From Bugula neritina (lineage: Eukaryota > Animalia > Bryozoa): a DNA stretch of 64,000 bases. The position numbers and the translations under genes were made by a program. Under the pieces are notes generated by a model, which did no database searches, had not been told where the DNA came from, and saw nothing but the letters and a program-made list of their open reading frames with translations. This document shows positions 24,212 to 38,400 of the stretch, piece after piece. The stretch is from assembly GCA_964035545.1 (NCBI GenBank), contig OZ037770.1:3442662-3506661 (forward strand), written 5' to 3'. Positions within the stretch are counted from its first letter, which is position 1; each line of letters begins with the position of its first letter.

Positions 24212-24557
24212 AGGTGATGTCCCTCCTTTCCTATCCGTGATGGTACAGCAGGTGGTGCCCCAGTACAGACCCTTCTCACGCTAGTGCTCACAGACAATTA
24301 CTCAGTGTAACAATATAGTAACCTACCAGTATACGGCTCTACCTCTACAAACTATTCCCTTATAGTGCCTCCCGCCGGTGCCATTGTACATTTACTGTTA
24401 TATTTTTTTTATGTATGTATAAGTTTCTTACTACTGTACATAGCCATGTTTTTCTTTGTGTGCCACACGCTCTCTCAGTTTTTATATATATATAGTTTTA
24501 TAACATTTTATGTTTGAATTATCTAATCTGTGTTATCAGAAAGTAGGGCTTTCTGCT

Positions 24558-24568
24558 GGAGGGGGCGG
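24558..24568 (+). promoter_or_regulatory. Polypurine tract
   Basis: GGAGGGGGCGG directly before the 3' LTR. Confidence 0.8.
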
Positions 24569-24855
24569 TGTAGTGAGGACGTAATACGCGCGTCCCCCCC
24601 CCCCCCCCCGCATTCCTTCAGCCTATCCAAGTGCGTCACGTGATAGGCCTTAGTTAGTTAGTAGTAGTTTTTGCAGTAGAGAGAGCGTGCTAACTAAGCG
24701 AAGATGTAATCTCTAATCTGTGTACGAGCTGTATCTTTTATATAATTAGTAGTAAATAAACTTGGAAGCTTTTACCTAAATACTTTATTGGTGTAGATAA
24801 ATAGACATAATTACAAGCTAGGAACCCACGCATAGTAGTTACACCAATTACTACA
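24569..24855 (+). repeat. 3' LTR (287 bp)
   Basis: Direct repeat of 17250-17537. Confidence 0.97.
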
Positions 24856-25654
24856 CTAAGACCGTATTACTATTAGTATTAGTATTACTAAAACTAATAG
24901 TTATACTAATATTAGTTTAGTCTTAGTTATATCTAAATTACTAGTATTACAATTAGTATGAGTATCACTATCACTGTGAATATGACGTCTGCCTCTGGCT
25001 CTGGTACTGATATGACCGATCCCTGAGACTCAGACTGCTAGGCCAACTCGTGCCTCAATTAAAGAATTTTAGTTTTGACAGCTTAGAACTGGGTTCACAC
25101 CAACATTTATATACTGTTAATTATTCACGAGGCAGTGAGATATTTCTATTAATATTAAAATTGTAAACAACTTTGTCTTTCAATGGAAGAACGTGAGGGA
25201 GACTCAAAATGGGATTTCCAACAATGTGATCATTTTTCCGCATTGACCTCCTAGCACACTATATTTCGTTATTGGCGACTCTGCAAAGTAATGAAACTTG
25301 CTTGAAACAGCACTGGTTTGATAGTCACGAAGTGCACTGGTTAAAAGTCTCAACCCTGAATCAGAACTTTACACGATATGCATGCAGTCACCCCAACCTA
25401 GTGCTGCTTCTAGTCACTTTCACCTTATACTTTACTGAAAAGTCATCATGATGCTTCCATTTTTCATTTTTATTCTACAGTGCTATGAATAGGAATACTA
25501 ATACAAGTCTATCACAGTATCAGTGCACATGATAAACTTCTGCAAAATGACCTTGCAGTGGCTTTACTAGAATAATATAATTATATAAGTGTATGCCATG
25601 ATAGCGACCATTCTTTCACTTTAGGCTTAGGCGAAAGTGTTTAGGCAATAACTA

Positions 25655-26130
25655 ATAGTAATAGTAATTAGTAAATAAGTAATACTAATACTGATAGTAA
25701 TACTAATACTAATACTAATACTAATACTAATAGTAATACTAATACTAATAGTAAATGTAATACTAATAGTGTTACTATTACTATAAGTATAACTGTTTAA
25801 GTAATAGTATAAGTATTACTATTAGTATTACTATTAGTATTATTATTACTATTACTATTAGTATTACATTTAGTTTTACTATAACAGTATAAGTATAAGT
25901 ATTAGTATAATTAATAAATTATAAGATTTAGATTTAGTATCACTATAAGTATAAGGTAATTTATCTTGAATCTTATCTGATGCTCACTATCACTATGATA
26001 CTGATACTGATAGTGATAGTGATACTCATACTGATAAAGATTAAATTTAAGTTTAAAATCAATTTAAATTAAATCATTAAATTTAATAGATAATCATAAT
26101 ACTAATAGTAAATATCAATATGATTAACAT
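25655..26130. repeat. Low-complexity (ACTAAT/AGTATT)n hexamer-periodic tract
   Basis: Runs of TACTAA/TAGTAA followed by their complement. Confidence 0.7.
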
Positions 26131-28499
26131 GATGATTTATTTTTAATTATAATACTAAGTATAACAATTGGGCATACGTTTGCATGCTAAAAATAAATTG
26201 TTGGGGTTAAATAAGTCACTGACTTTCTCCCTTGGCCCCCTCGTTCATGTCAAGAACTGAAGAAGAGTGGGATACAGCTAAACACAAGTACTACTAGTAG
26301 TAATACTACTATTAGTAGCGAGAACTAGGAGCACTAGTTAGTGTTACTATTAGTAGACACAATACTACTACTAGCTCTACCACTAGTAGTAGTAACTAAG
26401 TCACTAACTAGTAGCCTACAGCTAGCTGTAACTTGATAATAATATATAATGATAATACTAAATCTGATACTCGCTAATATTTATAATATTTGTTAATCAT
26501 AATGATAATGTCATCAGATTCAATTATAGTTTATCGCTGACACTGTATTGATATTATAACTATTACTATTAGTAAGTCAAAGTTTAACAGTTGTAATAGT
26601 AATAATAACATAGTGTCAGTGTTAAACCATAATTCATAACCCTAACAAATGTGAATGAATTATAAGCATAAATTCTGTGCTAAAGTTATGCTTTTATTTT
26701 TTAGCAATGCTAGTTCTGCTATGTCTAGTACGTCTCTTGCCACTACTATTAGTCAACCATGCATGCTTATTTAGGAGGGACCGCAATTAGGTTGTAGTTT
26801 AGTGTTTCTATTTTTGTTATTGTCTCGGTGGTATGTTGTTAGATTAACATTTGTATTTTTGTTTAGCCATCAAGTAATTGTCCATTTTAGTATTTCATAT
26901 TGTAGTCTTCTGATGGTTAACTGATGCAAGTTACTTAAATTAGTAGGCTATCTAAACCACATAGTGTGTGGTATTGCATACGTTGGTTAATTGTGACCAT
27001 ATTTCAAGCTTAAAGGAATCACACTATAGTTCTATGTTTATGCACCGCTGTGTAAGTCACCAGTACATCGAATCATCCACGTTTAGTAGTAATAGCATGC
27101 ATGTGACTAAGTTCTAAGACCAACTAGTAATATCGCATGACTGTTGTTGTAATAGTATATACGTTAAATAAAAAGTATAAATTATTTTGAACAGTGTGCT
27201 AAGTATTATTATGCGAAATATCGCAACAATTTGGCAGTTAGTTCATTTCTTGGTAGAATAACCTGGTGTTTTTGAAGTTCTTACACATAATCATAGTTTT
27301 GACATGTTTTGAATAAGCTATGCTATCCAGTTTAAATAGAAGCATTACGACTGAATAAAATTCTGTTGTACTGTGCATGAGCTGTTGCAATATGATACAA
27401 AACATATCATAATGGTTATGGTCGCAGGGAGATTGCGCATATTAAATACCTCATCACAGGGTTCTAAGTTTGATAAAATGTTAAGTATGACATTGATTAC
27501 ATCTTAATGAAATATTTGTGGTTATCTCATCCCTCCTACAAATTTGGTAGTAAGGGCGTGCTTTCCAGTAGCCAAATAGCCAAGTAGTCAAGCACTTCAA
27601 ACCTTTAGTTCTAGTGGTACCTGCTGAGGTGACAGGCATCTTTTCTGCTGACGATTTTGTCCGACCCCCAGACTTCCTTCTATTTAGACATGTAAGTCTG
27701 GAGGTTGGACTATAAATCCACCTGTTTTTACCATGGACTTACTTTGCTAATAATGCTAGAGCAAATATAGAATTTTTTTGGTAGTTCGTTGGCTTTCTAT
27801 GACTTCCCCATAGTTTAGACAGAGTTATGGCTGGTGTGTTTCACTAACCAGCCAAGTAGTTGTTGGTGTATCTTAAAAAATTCAAAATCTACACCAGTTA
27901 CAAGTCTCGGCAATTAAATTCAATCTGATCTTGCATTGAGCATAAATAAGTTTTTACCTCTCATTTGCTCTTTATAGAAAATTTCTGTATACACACAGGC
28001 TAATGACTTTTTACCAAAGTCTAACAATTTTCTCATTTTTACACAGTGGTTTTTACTAGAATAGTCTATCAATTATATTGATGAGGCATGGGAAAAAGTT
28101 GGGTTTTGTTGGTCTGGTGTTATTTTAACTTAACATCACGTTAGAGAAAAACCTAGAAAGCTGACTTTCTGTTCTTCCGTAAAGAAGGTTTTACTTTGTT
28201 AGAAAGGCTAGTTTTTTATATGAGTTTTCGTAAATGCAGCTGACATAGTAACCAGAAACCCAGCCTTTACTGCAGTAAGGAAGATGGCTACAGTTACTAC
28301 ACGTTGCCCAAATGTGACAAAAAGATATTTGCCAAGAGACTGAAAAATTGGTATAGGTCTAATTTTTTAGTAATTTTTTTCTTGATATTTTCATAGTTAC
28401 TTATAGAGCTATGAATTTCATATATTGGGATAATATATGATAATGAGTATAGGTAGTTTTATTGATTTAGTATGTACTTTATTTCCCATTTGATAATAG

Positions 28500-28634
28500 A
28501 CAAGGGCCATTGGTGATGTTAGAAAGAGCATTCAGTCATAATTTCTCCTGTGCCTCATCTGAATAAGTCCTTTGCTCATTTCAGCAAAAACCTTTTATAT
28601 TCGGAGTTTCTCACAGGAATAGCGACTATAAACT
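28500..28634 (+). mobile_element. SINE 3' fragment (family of 30602-30801)
   Basis: Reverse-complement match to ~30602-30730. Confidence 0.65.
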
Positions 28635-28965
28635 TGCATGATTTTTTTTTTAATTTGTTAGATATATAATGTTGAGTTATAAAGTATGGTAAACTGTAAA
28701 AGGCTTGTAATTGTACCTCTAAGCATAGGACCATATAGATTTTATCGCAAAAACTTTGCTGCATTGTGTAAAATTCTTGCTTTGAAAAGCTTCTGCGACA
28801 GTAGCCTAATCGAATTGATTGATCACTACTTAGCTAGGCAGATTGTCACAGTTCTGTTTTACATTATATTTTAATCAGCATCTATACATAAAAAGCATGT
28901 AACACATTTTAAAGCAATAAATTTATTTTTTTCTATAAAAGTGTTATCGTCTCAGGTGAAGCAAC

Positions 28966-31095
28966 ATGCACGTGTTTGGATATGGTTCGTTGATGTGGAG
29001 TCAGGGGTTCCGGTACGAGGAGAAGGTGTGTGGCTACGTCAAGGGGTTCAAGAGGCGCTTCTGGCAGGGGAGTGAGGACCACAGAGGGGAGCCGGGGAAG
29101 GTGACCGCCTCCGTGTCTAATTGTAGTTCTCTTAGTGTAGTGTAGTGTTGTGCAGTGCAGTGGAGTGGAGTGTAGTGTAGTGTAGTGTAGTATACAGTAT
29201 AGTATAGAGTAGTATAGTATAGTATGTAGTGTATAGTATGTTGTGTATAGTGTAGCATAGCATAGTATATATATATAGTATAATATAGTATAGTATAGTA
29301 TAGTATAGTATAGTATGTAGCATAGTATAGTATAGTATATGGTGTATTGTAATATAGTGTGGTGTTATATACTATATACTGTAATATACACAGTAAATCA
29401 GTAGCTCATTATTATTATTTCATTTACTTGTAGCCTGGCAGAGTTCTCTCCGTATTCAAGTCAGATGACCCCAACGTAAGTTCAACAGACCTTGCTTATA
29501 TGATACATTTTTAAAAGTACAGATTGTGTTTTATTTTCAAACTGCAGGAATTACAGGAGTATTGGAATTAACACATCTTGTACTGTGGAAGCGTGACCAT
29601 CTCTTGGACTTGTGTTGACTGACAGCCGGTTTTATGCTGCACTGTTACTAGTCATAAGTTGAAGTATCATTGCTTATAGTTGCAGGCCAATATTTTTGAT
29701 CAATGTAATGATCTTTAATAAACAAAATCACAAATATATTGATCTTGCATATTTCCATGCTCAAACCCGCCAATCAATCAGTAGCTGGCCATTCATTTAT
29801 GACAATAAGATAACTGGTGCAGCCCGGTACTGACGATTTTTTATCTTAAATTGACAATTTATCTCTTACCAAGCATTAGTATAGATGTTTATAGACAGTA
29901 TATGTATTCAGAGATTAGGCACAATAATGAAATTTAAAAAAAAAAACTACAATAAAACCTAATGAACGATGCTTATATTTTTCTCCAATCAGATTCCCTT
30001 TAGTATACTTTCAACCAATCAGGTTATCTGTACTTTAGATGTTATGCACATATTATAGGATATAGTGCTTGGAGTAGCTTTCAAAATACCGGATGAAGAC
30101 GAGGAACTGGTGAGACAGAATTTGATAAAACGAGAAACAGGATATGATGTCATAGAAACATTGTTTTATCCAATAGGCTCCTCGGACACTCATAGCACTC
30201 AGCCAATAGCATTGGAATTATTTTTAGCCAATCAAAACATTTCTACATATCTTGGTCCAGCCAGTGAGAGGGACATAGCATGGCAGATATACCACTCAAA
30301 GGTAACCATGTACTGCATCTTATTGTCTGTCTGTTTGTCATGATGAATGACTCACGTGATGATTAATTGCTATTGGATTAACCAGTCTCTCATTTATAGT
30401 GAGCCCATTTAAAATGCATTTAGCTTTATGAATGCTGATTGTTTTAGTGGTAACAAATCAATCACTTTTTTTTTTACTTCTACTAGAAGTTTCTATAGCA
30501 TGTTAGAATGTTATTTTCTTCTTTTTTCTTCTAACCACAAGCTTAAGGCAACCAGCAAAAAGGATTTCCATAATCTATGTTATGGAAAAAGAAACTCACG
30601 AAAGTTTATAAGTGCTATCCCTGTGAGAAACTCCTGGTGGAAAGGGTTTTTGTTAAAACGGGCTAAGGACTTGTTTAGATGAGACACATGAGCAATTATG
30701 ACTGGATGCTCTTTCTAACATCACCAATGACCTTTTTGGGGGTTCAAACCCATGACCTTGTGTTTACTAGGGAAATGCTTTAACCCCTAGACCAGGGCTA
30801 CATTATGATCCTTCATTGAATCAGATTAATATGATTTCCTATTCTCAGCTCCACTTGATTAGTTGGATTCTGTAATTTAATCATAAAATGTATTTTGCTG
30901 AAAAAGTAACAAATTTATTATTTCCAGGGTTTGAGAGGATCAAATTTAGACTACTTTTTGCGAGCTGTTTCTTCCTGTAGAAACCTTTTCCCGAATAATA
31001 AAGACCTTCACCTTGAGCAAATAGAACAGGAAGTCCGTCAAATCGCTGCCGAAAAAGGCGACACTCTGGATCATCTGATTAATCAAACGCAATAA
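28966..31095 (+). CDS. CHAC: Glutathione-specific gamma-glutamylcyclotransferase (ChaC family), copy B, 195 aa
   Basis: Exons 28966-29100, 29434-29475, 30059-30301, 30928-31095; first three exon sizes equal copy A (135/42/243). Motifs [31 protein letters not shown]. Confidence 0.93.
29134..29345. repeat. (TAGTG/TAGTA)n pentamer microsatellite
   Basis: Direct reading. Confidence 0.9.
30602..30801 (-). mobile_element. tRNA-derived SINE in ChaC-B intron 3
   Basis: Minus strand begins GTAGCCCTGGTCTAGGGGTTAAAGC..GGGTTTGAACCC (A/B-box-like). Body shared with 409-540, 28500-28634 and ~50265-50415. Confidence 0.7.
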
Positions 31096-32404
31096 AACAT
31101 TTCAGTATCTAAAAACATATCCCGATATATACGTATACATACATATATGTTTATATAGGAAAATGTAGGTGAAAAGTTATAGTTGTTAGTCAGACTATTT
31201 TTTTGTTATTTACATAAATTATCTTCAGGTTATTAAAACCAGGGTTTATACTTCATATTTTTTGCTTAAGTTGAATGCCTTTTAAATTCATCTCAGGTGC
31301 TATGCTGCCATTCTTTATTTTTTTAATCCATCCCAGTCTTTCTGGTTTATTTTGTTCGAGAGTTGTTGTGTATAGCGTTGTATAAATGTTGATATAATTA
31401 ATAAAGTTGCTGTGAATTAAAATATGGTACCATTTCCTTTTTGACCTTCAGTATTAATATTTTCAAATAGACTCAGATGCTGCAAGAGTTGTCCCATCAT
31501 GACCCCTTGATTAAATATTCCAGAGCAAAGCACAATAAATACAATACTTATATTCATAGTTATCCCCCTCTAATAACTCATCTATCCCCAAAATTTTCAC
31601 AAAGATGAATTCGTTTTCATTAGAACATTCCAACCCTCTAGACTTTCCTTTTGGGTTTGCTCCCCTTGCAATGAGCATAACTTTGCAACATTCAAATTCC
31701 AAGAACTGCATTATTAACCTTGCTGTCAGTTGCTTAGCAACGTAATACAATATGGAGGCTTAAAATTGAAAAATAGGTATGAAATTGCACAGGATATCAT
31801 TATGAAAGCATTTTTTATTAAATATAAATCTAAAATAGACAAAATATTAACCAGTCCATACAATAATAATGTTCAAACTATCACTGTGACAATTCTATAA
31901 ATGTTGCATGATAGATTCATAAATAGTACAAAGAACAATGAGGTCAAAATCACTCAGTCTTTAGTGAGGCCAGTTTTTGCTTGTTTAGAATCAGTGAATA
32001 AAACCCAACCGAGTTATTAATCACTGATCACACATCAGCCAAAAGTGATTTGAATACCTCCAAAAGTTGAAGAGTAGAAGTTCAGTTAGTATTTTGATCA
32101 AAAACAACATTGAATTTAAAATTTACTTTAAATAACACAAAATGACTGAGAAAATAAAACAAAAAACTTTTACAGTGTCAGACAAAATCAAATAACGGTT
32201 GTGGAATAGAGATAAATCAAATTAATGGAATAAACCTAAGCATGGTGGAACAGAGAAACTGAGATATTCTAATGCACTAATAATAGCATAATTATAATGA
32301 AGATATTATATTATGAGTAATGTCTGCTCTTTATTTAGAATAGTGTGCTGTCATTCTATTGGTTGACAACACCTTGTAAGCTGTAGTCGTATTGGCTGGT
32401 TCAT

Positions 32405-35400
32405 CTATTGAGTACCGTCTGCAGCACTGGAATCTACGACTGGCCCGGGCTAAAAAATATGAACTTATTTAAACTTTCATAGTTGGTATGAACAAAATTT
32501 TACCTTTGATTTGTAACAAATATAAAGGGCGAATCTTGAAGCAGGAAATAAAAGGTAAAGCTGTAAATTAGTCATTTGAAGGCGAATCAGATAAACTTTG
32601 AATATATACAAAATAGAAGATGCGACAATTAAATCCATCACGTTCATAAAAAAATATGTCATGGTTTCCAGTGACAACAAACATTAGATAGCGAATGTAA
32701 ATATTTGAACACACTTGACTTTGAATGATTGAACATAGCAGGTATTAAAGGAATTACAGCAGTTAATATGACTAGAGGTAATTTAGCAGGTAAAAGTTGA
32801 GTCGCAGGGTGTGTATTTTGGCAGACGAAAATTTGAACCACTGTACGGAACGTAGAGTCAGTGAAATAAAAAAACTACTAGCTAATAACAGTTGCGTTTA
32901 ACTTTACTGCTGGCCTTGTTGCTATGGTTACACGATAAATTAAATTTTCATTTTTAAAACTCACTTTCAATAAAACGCAATTTACTGGAATGTAGCACTA
33001 AATTAGGAGAAGTGGATTGCTAAATAACTACCAGCCAATTAGGTGACGACGACGACAAGGAACATTCGCATTCAGAATGCTGACCGACAAGTGCGAATAT
33101 TTTCTCAACACGTACAGTGGATACCTTTTCTACTTCTACGAGTGACCCTACGCTAATAGGGGAATTACCGTAGTTACTGTGACCTAGGTAACCTAGCAGC
33201 TAATAGGGGAATTACCGTAGTTACTGTGACCTAGGTAACCTAGCAGTTAATAGGGGAATTACAGTAGTTACTGTGACTAGAGGTAACCCAGCAGCTAATA
33301 GGGGAATTACAGTAGTTACTGTGACTAGAGGTAACCCAGCAGCTAATAGGGGAATTACAGTAGTTACTGTGACTAGAGGTAACCCAGCAGCTAATAGGGG
33401 AATTACAGTAGTTACTGTGACTAGAGGTAACCCAGCAGCTAATAGGGGAATTACCGTAGTTACTGTGACTAGAGGTAACCTAGCAGCTAATAGGGGAATT
33501 ACAGTAGTTACTGTGACTAGAGGTAACCTAGCAGCTAATAGGGGAATTACCGTAGTTACTGTGACTAGAGGTAACCCAGCAGCTAATAGGGGAATTACCG
33601 TAGTTACTGTGACTAGAGGTAACCCAGCAGCTAATAGGGGAATTACCGTAGTTACTGTGACTAGAGGTAACCTAGCAGCTAATAGGGGAATTACCGTAGT
33701 TACTGTGACTAGAGGTAACCTAGCAGCTAATAGGGGAATTACCGTAGTTACTGTGACTAGAGGTAATCTAGCAGCTAATAGGGGAATTACAGCAATGACT
33801 TACGACTGCGGAGTTGTCTGCACCGGCTGCTGGGTTGTTGGCGACTGTTGTGACTTCGTCTTTGTTACCACCACCCAAACTACAACAGCAGGAACTCAGT
33901 CTATTATACATACAATATGCTATAATTAAACTTGATGATATGATTGGACAGCATAATGATGAAATTGCAAAAAAACACAACTGAACCAAAATTTTTTAGA
34001 ATTTTGATCTTAGACCTAGAAATTACTATTTTACTGTGGAAAACAAAAGCAGTATGTTGAGGTTAACAGAGATGTAGTCTACAGGCGTTATGTGTATTTA
34101 CTCATATGCAAGCAAAATTTCGAATAACCACAAGGTAGGCTTGACAAAATCAGGTTGGTTCATAATCAACGGCTTTCCATGGATCGATCTCAGCAAGATC
34201 AATCCACGGAAAGACGTCAAAGATCGATATTCATCGATCTGAGCAGGTCGGTCTGTAGAGAACTGCTTATTGAATACAGAAGATGTTTACAGTCACTGGA
34301 TTATTACCAAAATAATTGAAATAATGCTAGAGTAAAGTGACAGAACAACCATTAGCCAAATATTCCCGAATATACATTATAAAATGTATTTGCAAGGATA
34401 GTCAACTTTATATTGATGGCTGCGGGAATGTTGGCTAGCAGCAGTATATGAACGTGCCAAAACTAATTTTTAGGGTTAAAATTGACATTCTAAAAATAGA
34501 TGAATTCAAAGGCCAAACCACAGTTGAATGTTTGAAGTTGCCTCCTCAATGCATGAGGAGACCTCGCTGTTACAAAAGCAAACAATGTGTGTAGAAAAGA
34601 CACAACAACAAGAAAACATTTCCTAAAGCAGCATGATGAAAGTGAATAAACTAATGATTGCAATACAACGTTAATTACCAGGAGGAGGCAACTGATAAAA
34701 AATTATATTTTCAAGTGAATAGATATGAAATTATGCTAAATAGAAGGTGTGCAGTAAAACCAAGACAATATCTACAACACTTATGTGAGTGACTTACGCT
34801 CCAGTCCTGGAAAATAAAATATCATATTTTTTAACATCCAAAACAAGAAATATTTGTTTACAGCGGAATTGCTTCATGAGCCAATGAAAACAGTCGAGGA
34901 GAGGAAATTAAAACTCCAATGAATAGCTTACGGCCCTGTGCTTCAACAAACACATCAAGTGTGGGATGTGCAACTGATGTTCCTAACTGAGTGGGCAGCA
35001 AAGAGCCATAGAATCACAGGCTATTTAGTGTACACCAAACTATATAACAGTGGGTGGGTTGGAATTCCAACAACTTTAGAAGGTGCAGTAGACAAACAAT
35101 TCTCAATACTAAAACTACACTCGATACAACGTGTAGAAATGTGATGAAATAAATAATACAACCAAAATTATATACAAAAATAATCTGTGCCTGTAGTGAA
35201 TGGAGTAGAGGGGCAATTGGAACTGTAAAAATTCAGGACTGTCTGCCAGCTAAGTCAAGTATATCAAAGTTTACAGCAATATATAAAATGTAATTCACAG
35301 ACAGTTATGGCCACCTAGTCAGTTGAGCTGTGAATAGAAACTGGGCAGTAGATTAAGGGTATATACTACTTCACAAGTATGTTCTTACATGAAAATATAA

Positions 35401-38400
35401 TCTGAAATACCATTTTGAAATGTTGAATACTACCAACACTACATTTCCACCTTCAGAGTATGATATGCATATAACGACGCAACGACTGGAGTGGGAAATT
35501 CAAGCTTTTTTTCTGAATTCAATATTTCTTGCAGCGTTATGCTGCTGCAGATATAGTAAAATTATGTAATAATAGTTAATGTGACCCTAGTTTGACCCCA
35601 GGCAATGCAGTGCTGCCAGTAAAAGTTCACAGCCCAACTTTTGTGAAAAGCAAATAATAGAATAGACTACAAGATTACAATAGCAAGATATCACCAGGAC
35701 TTACTTCTGAGCTATCCAGACTGCAAAATAACAGCAGAGTGTTATTCTATTTCCACACATATTTCATGTACATAAATCACAAATATAGCTTGAACTTTAC
35801 ATAGTATATACAGTATTGTAGTGTAGTATAGTATAGTATGGTATGGTATGGTATATTATAGTATGTAGTGTAGTGTAGTATAGTACAGTGTAGTGTAATA
35901 TAGCATAATATTGTACAGCTGTATATAGTATAGTATAAAGTATAATATAGTATAGTAATAGGGGGTGGGGGTGCCTGGACAGCCCATGTGTTGCTACGCA
36001 GTATGAAGACCCCAGGCAATGCACAGAGTCCACAACAACCACGAAGCTGCACTACCAAAAAAGTAGCAATGTAATAATATTTACTGAGGTAGATTGTATT
36101 GTATGTACATACATATTTATATTTCTAAATGCTACCAAATCGTCTTATATTTCCATTCTACTTATTTATTGCAAAACATTATAAAACGTTTGGTACCAAA
36201 TAATGACAGCTTAGAAAATGTAAATACTGATGTTGGGTGTCAATATGAAAAATTATTAATAAAAGTAACTTTTTACCAAATCATAGTGTTATGACGTTTA
36301 TAAATTTTGCATTCAGATTTGTTTATTGCTTAAAATATATTGTGTATTATTATATATAATTATAATATATCATATCATATATTGCCACATTAAGTTACTG
36401 CCATTACAGGGTATATAATCATATAATGTTGACATCAATTCAGATACAATGATAAACTATGACACACAACAATAATGGGAGGACTACTCCACGAAAGATT
36501 TGCAAAACCACAATCCCTACAAGTAAAACAGTAAGTGGAAGTTCTATTTTTTTTTGAAAAACAGTTAGATGCCTATCACCAATGCCTTCCACCAAAATAA
36601 AATTTAGATATAGAAACAATTTCTCAAGTTGCGTTTATTTATACATTTACGATTTTCAGTCAGAAACTCAATTTGACCGAGTAGAAATTTTTCCGAGTTG
36701 AAACCTTTCCGAGATGAAATTTTTCCGAGTTGCATTGCATTATAAAAGCCACTCATAAAAATTTTTGTACTGTGATAACTTAATTAGGCGAGTTCAGAAT
36801 AATACTCAAAAGGAGCAATAACTCTTTGCAAACATCGTTATTTAGTTATGATTTTGGCAATTGGATGACGAACTTATATGTTAATAATTATATCGCCTAC
36901 GCCTTCTCAATTATCGCTTTTATGCTGTCAACCTTACTAATTCACGACAATCTTCAAAGGGCATCAACTAGCGATTAAGCGAGTCAGATTTCACTTTTAG
37001 AAAGTAAGCTTTCACATCAATATGATTTCAACAATTTTCAGTTTGACTATAAAGGGATACTCAAACAAGCGTTTATAACTGAAACTCTTAACTTTTTTCA
37101 GCAGAGATATAAACGAAACTTTAAACTGTGCATATTTTAATTAGTTTCCAAATCTGCAAACCAGTAACTTATATTGCTGTGGAAAACTAAAATCTTCTTT
37201 CAACAAAACCAGGTTATACCGGAGACCTTAATCCCAGTTCAACTGTGACAAAAGGGTTGATTCTCGACCCGAGTAAAACTCAATTGACTCTCAGGCTAAT
37301 CAAATTCATCAAGTGAAGCTACAGACTGGGACCAACACTCAGAGAAACCTGCTTACTGTAGATTATAGAGGGCGTGTTACATAGTACACATCGCTATAAC
37401 TGTTAGTAACTGTCCATACAACACTATAACTGTTAGTGACTGTCTATACAAGACTATAACTGTTAGTAACTGTCTATACAACACTATAACTGTTAGTGAC
37501 TGTCTATACAAGACTATAACTGTTAGTAACTGTCTATACAAGACTATAACTGTTAGTGACTGTATATACAAGACTATAACTGTTAGTGACTGTCTATACA
37601 AGACTATAACTGTTAGTGACTGCCTATACAAGACTATAACTGTTAGTAACTGCCTATACAAGACTATAACTGTTAGTGACTGCCTATACAAGACTATAAC
37701 TGTTAGTAACTGCCTATACAAGACTATAACTGTTAGTAACTGTCTATACAAGACTATAACTGCTAGTAACTGTCTATACAAGACTATAACTGTTAGTGAC
37801 TGTATTAAGAAGACTATAACTGCTAGTAACTGTCTATACAAGACTATAACTGCTAGTAACTGTCTATACAAGACTATAACTGTTAGTGACTGTATATACA
37901 AGACTATAACTGCTAGTAACTGTCTATACAAGACTATAACTGTTAGTGACTGTATATACAAGACTATAACTGTTAGTGACTGTATTAACAAGACTATAAC
38001 TTCTAGTAACTGTCTATACGAGACTATAACTGTTAGTGACTGTATACACTACACTATAACTGTTAGTGACTGTATATACAAGACTATAACTGTTAATGAC
38101 TGTATATACAAGACTATAACTGTTAGTGACTGTATATACAAGACTATAACTGTTAGTGACTGTATACACTACACTATGACTGCTGGTGACTGTATTAACA
38201 AGACCTCAAAAACCGATAATTTCGAAGCTTTCCGCTGTATTGTTCACATATTTCAACTATTTTTTTAAAAAATGACTTAAAACGCAATACTATGGGACCC
38301 ATAGCCAGTTAGACTAAGTTCCTGATTTAGCCTTTAACCACCCTGCTATACCATACTGTTTAGGTTTCATTACATAATAAATATTCTTCTAATACTGAAC

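Larger units (their letters stand above)
17250..24855 (+). mobile_element. Full-length Ty3/gypsy LTR retrotransposon, very recent insertion
   Basis: LTRs 17250-17537 and 24569-24855 (TGTAGT..ACTACA); 4-bp TSD CTAA (17246-17249, 24856-24859); PBS, PPT, and gag-pol in PR-RT-RH-IN order. Confidence 0.98.

Noticed and set aside
17736-24297. Many overlapping and antisense ORFs within the gypsy element
   Set aside because: Expected shadows in GC-rich coding DNA; no motifs.
31511-31760. Faint ankyrin-like string (LYYVAK..LIARGANP)
   Set aside because: Single degenerate match with no exon structure.
33273-33929. 218-aa repeat ORF, or CRISPR-like array
   Set aside because: 48-bp minisatellite with no unique spacers; eukaryotic intron.
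35777-36058. Alternative VAMP terminal exon (VQLRGCCG..)
   Set aside because: Phase fits but it runs into a microsatellite; unsupported.
37377-37991. 204-aa hydrophobic repeat ORF
   Set aside because: Translation of a 30-bp minisatellite.
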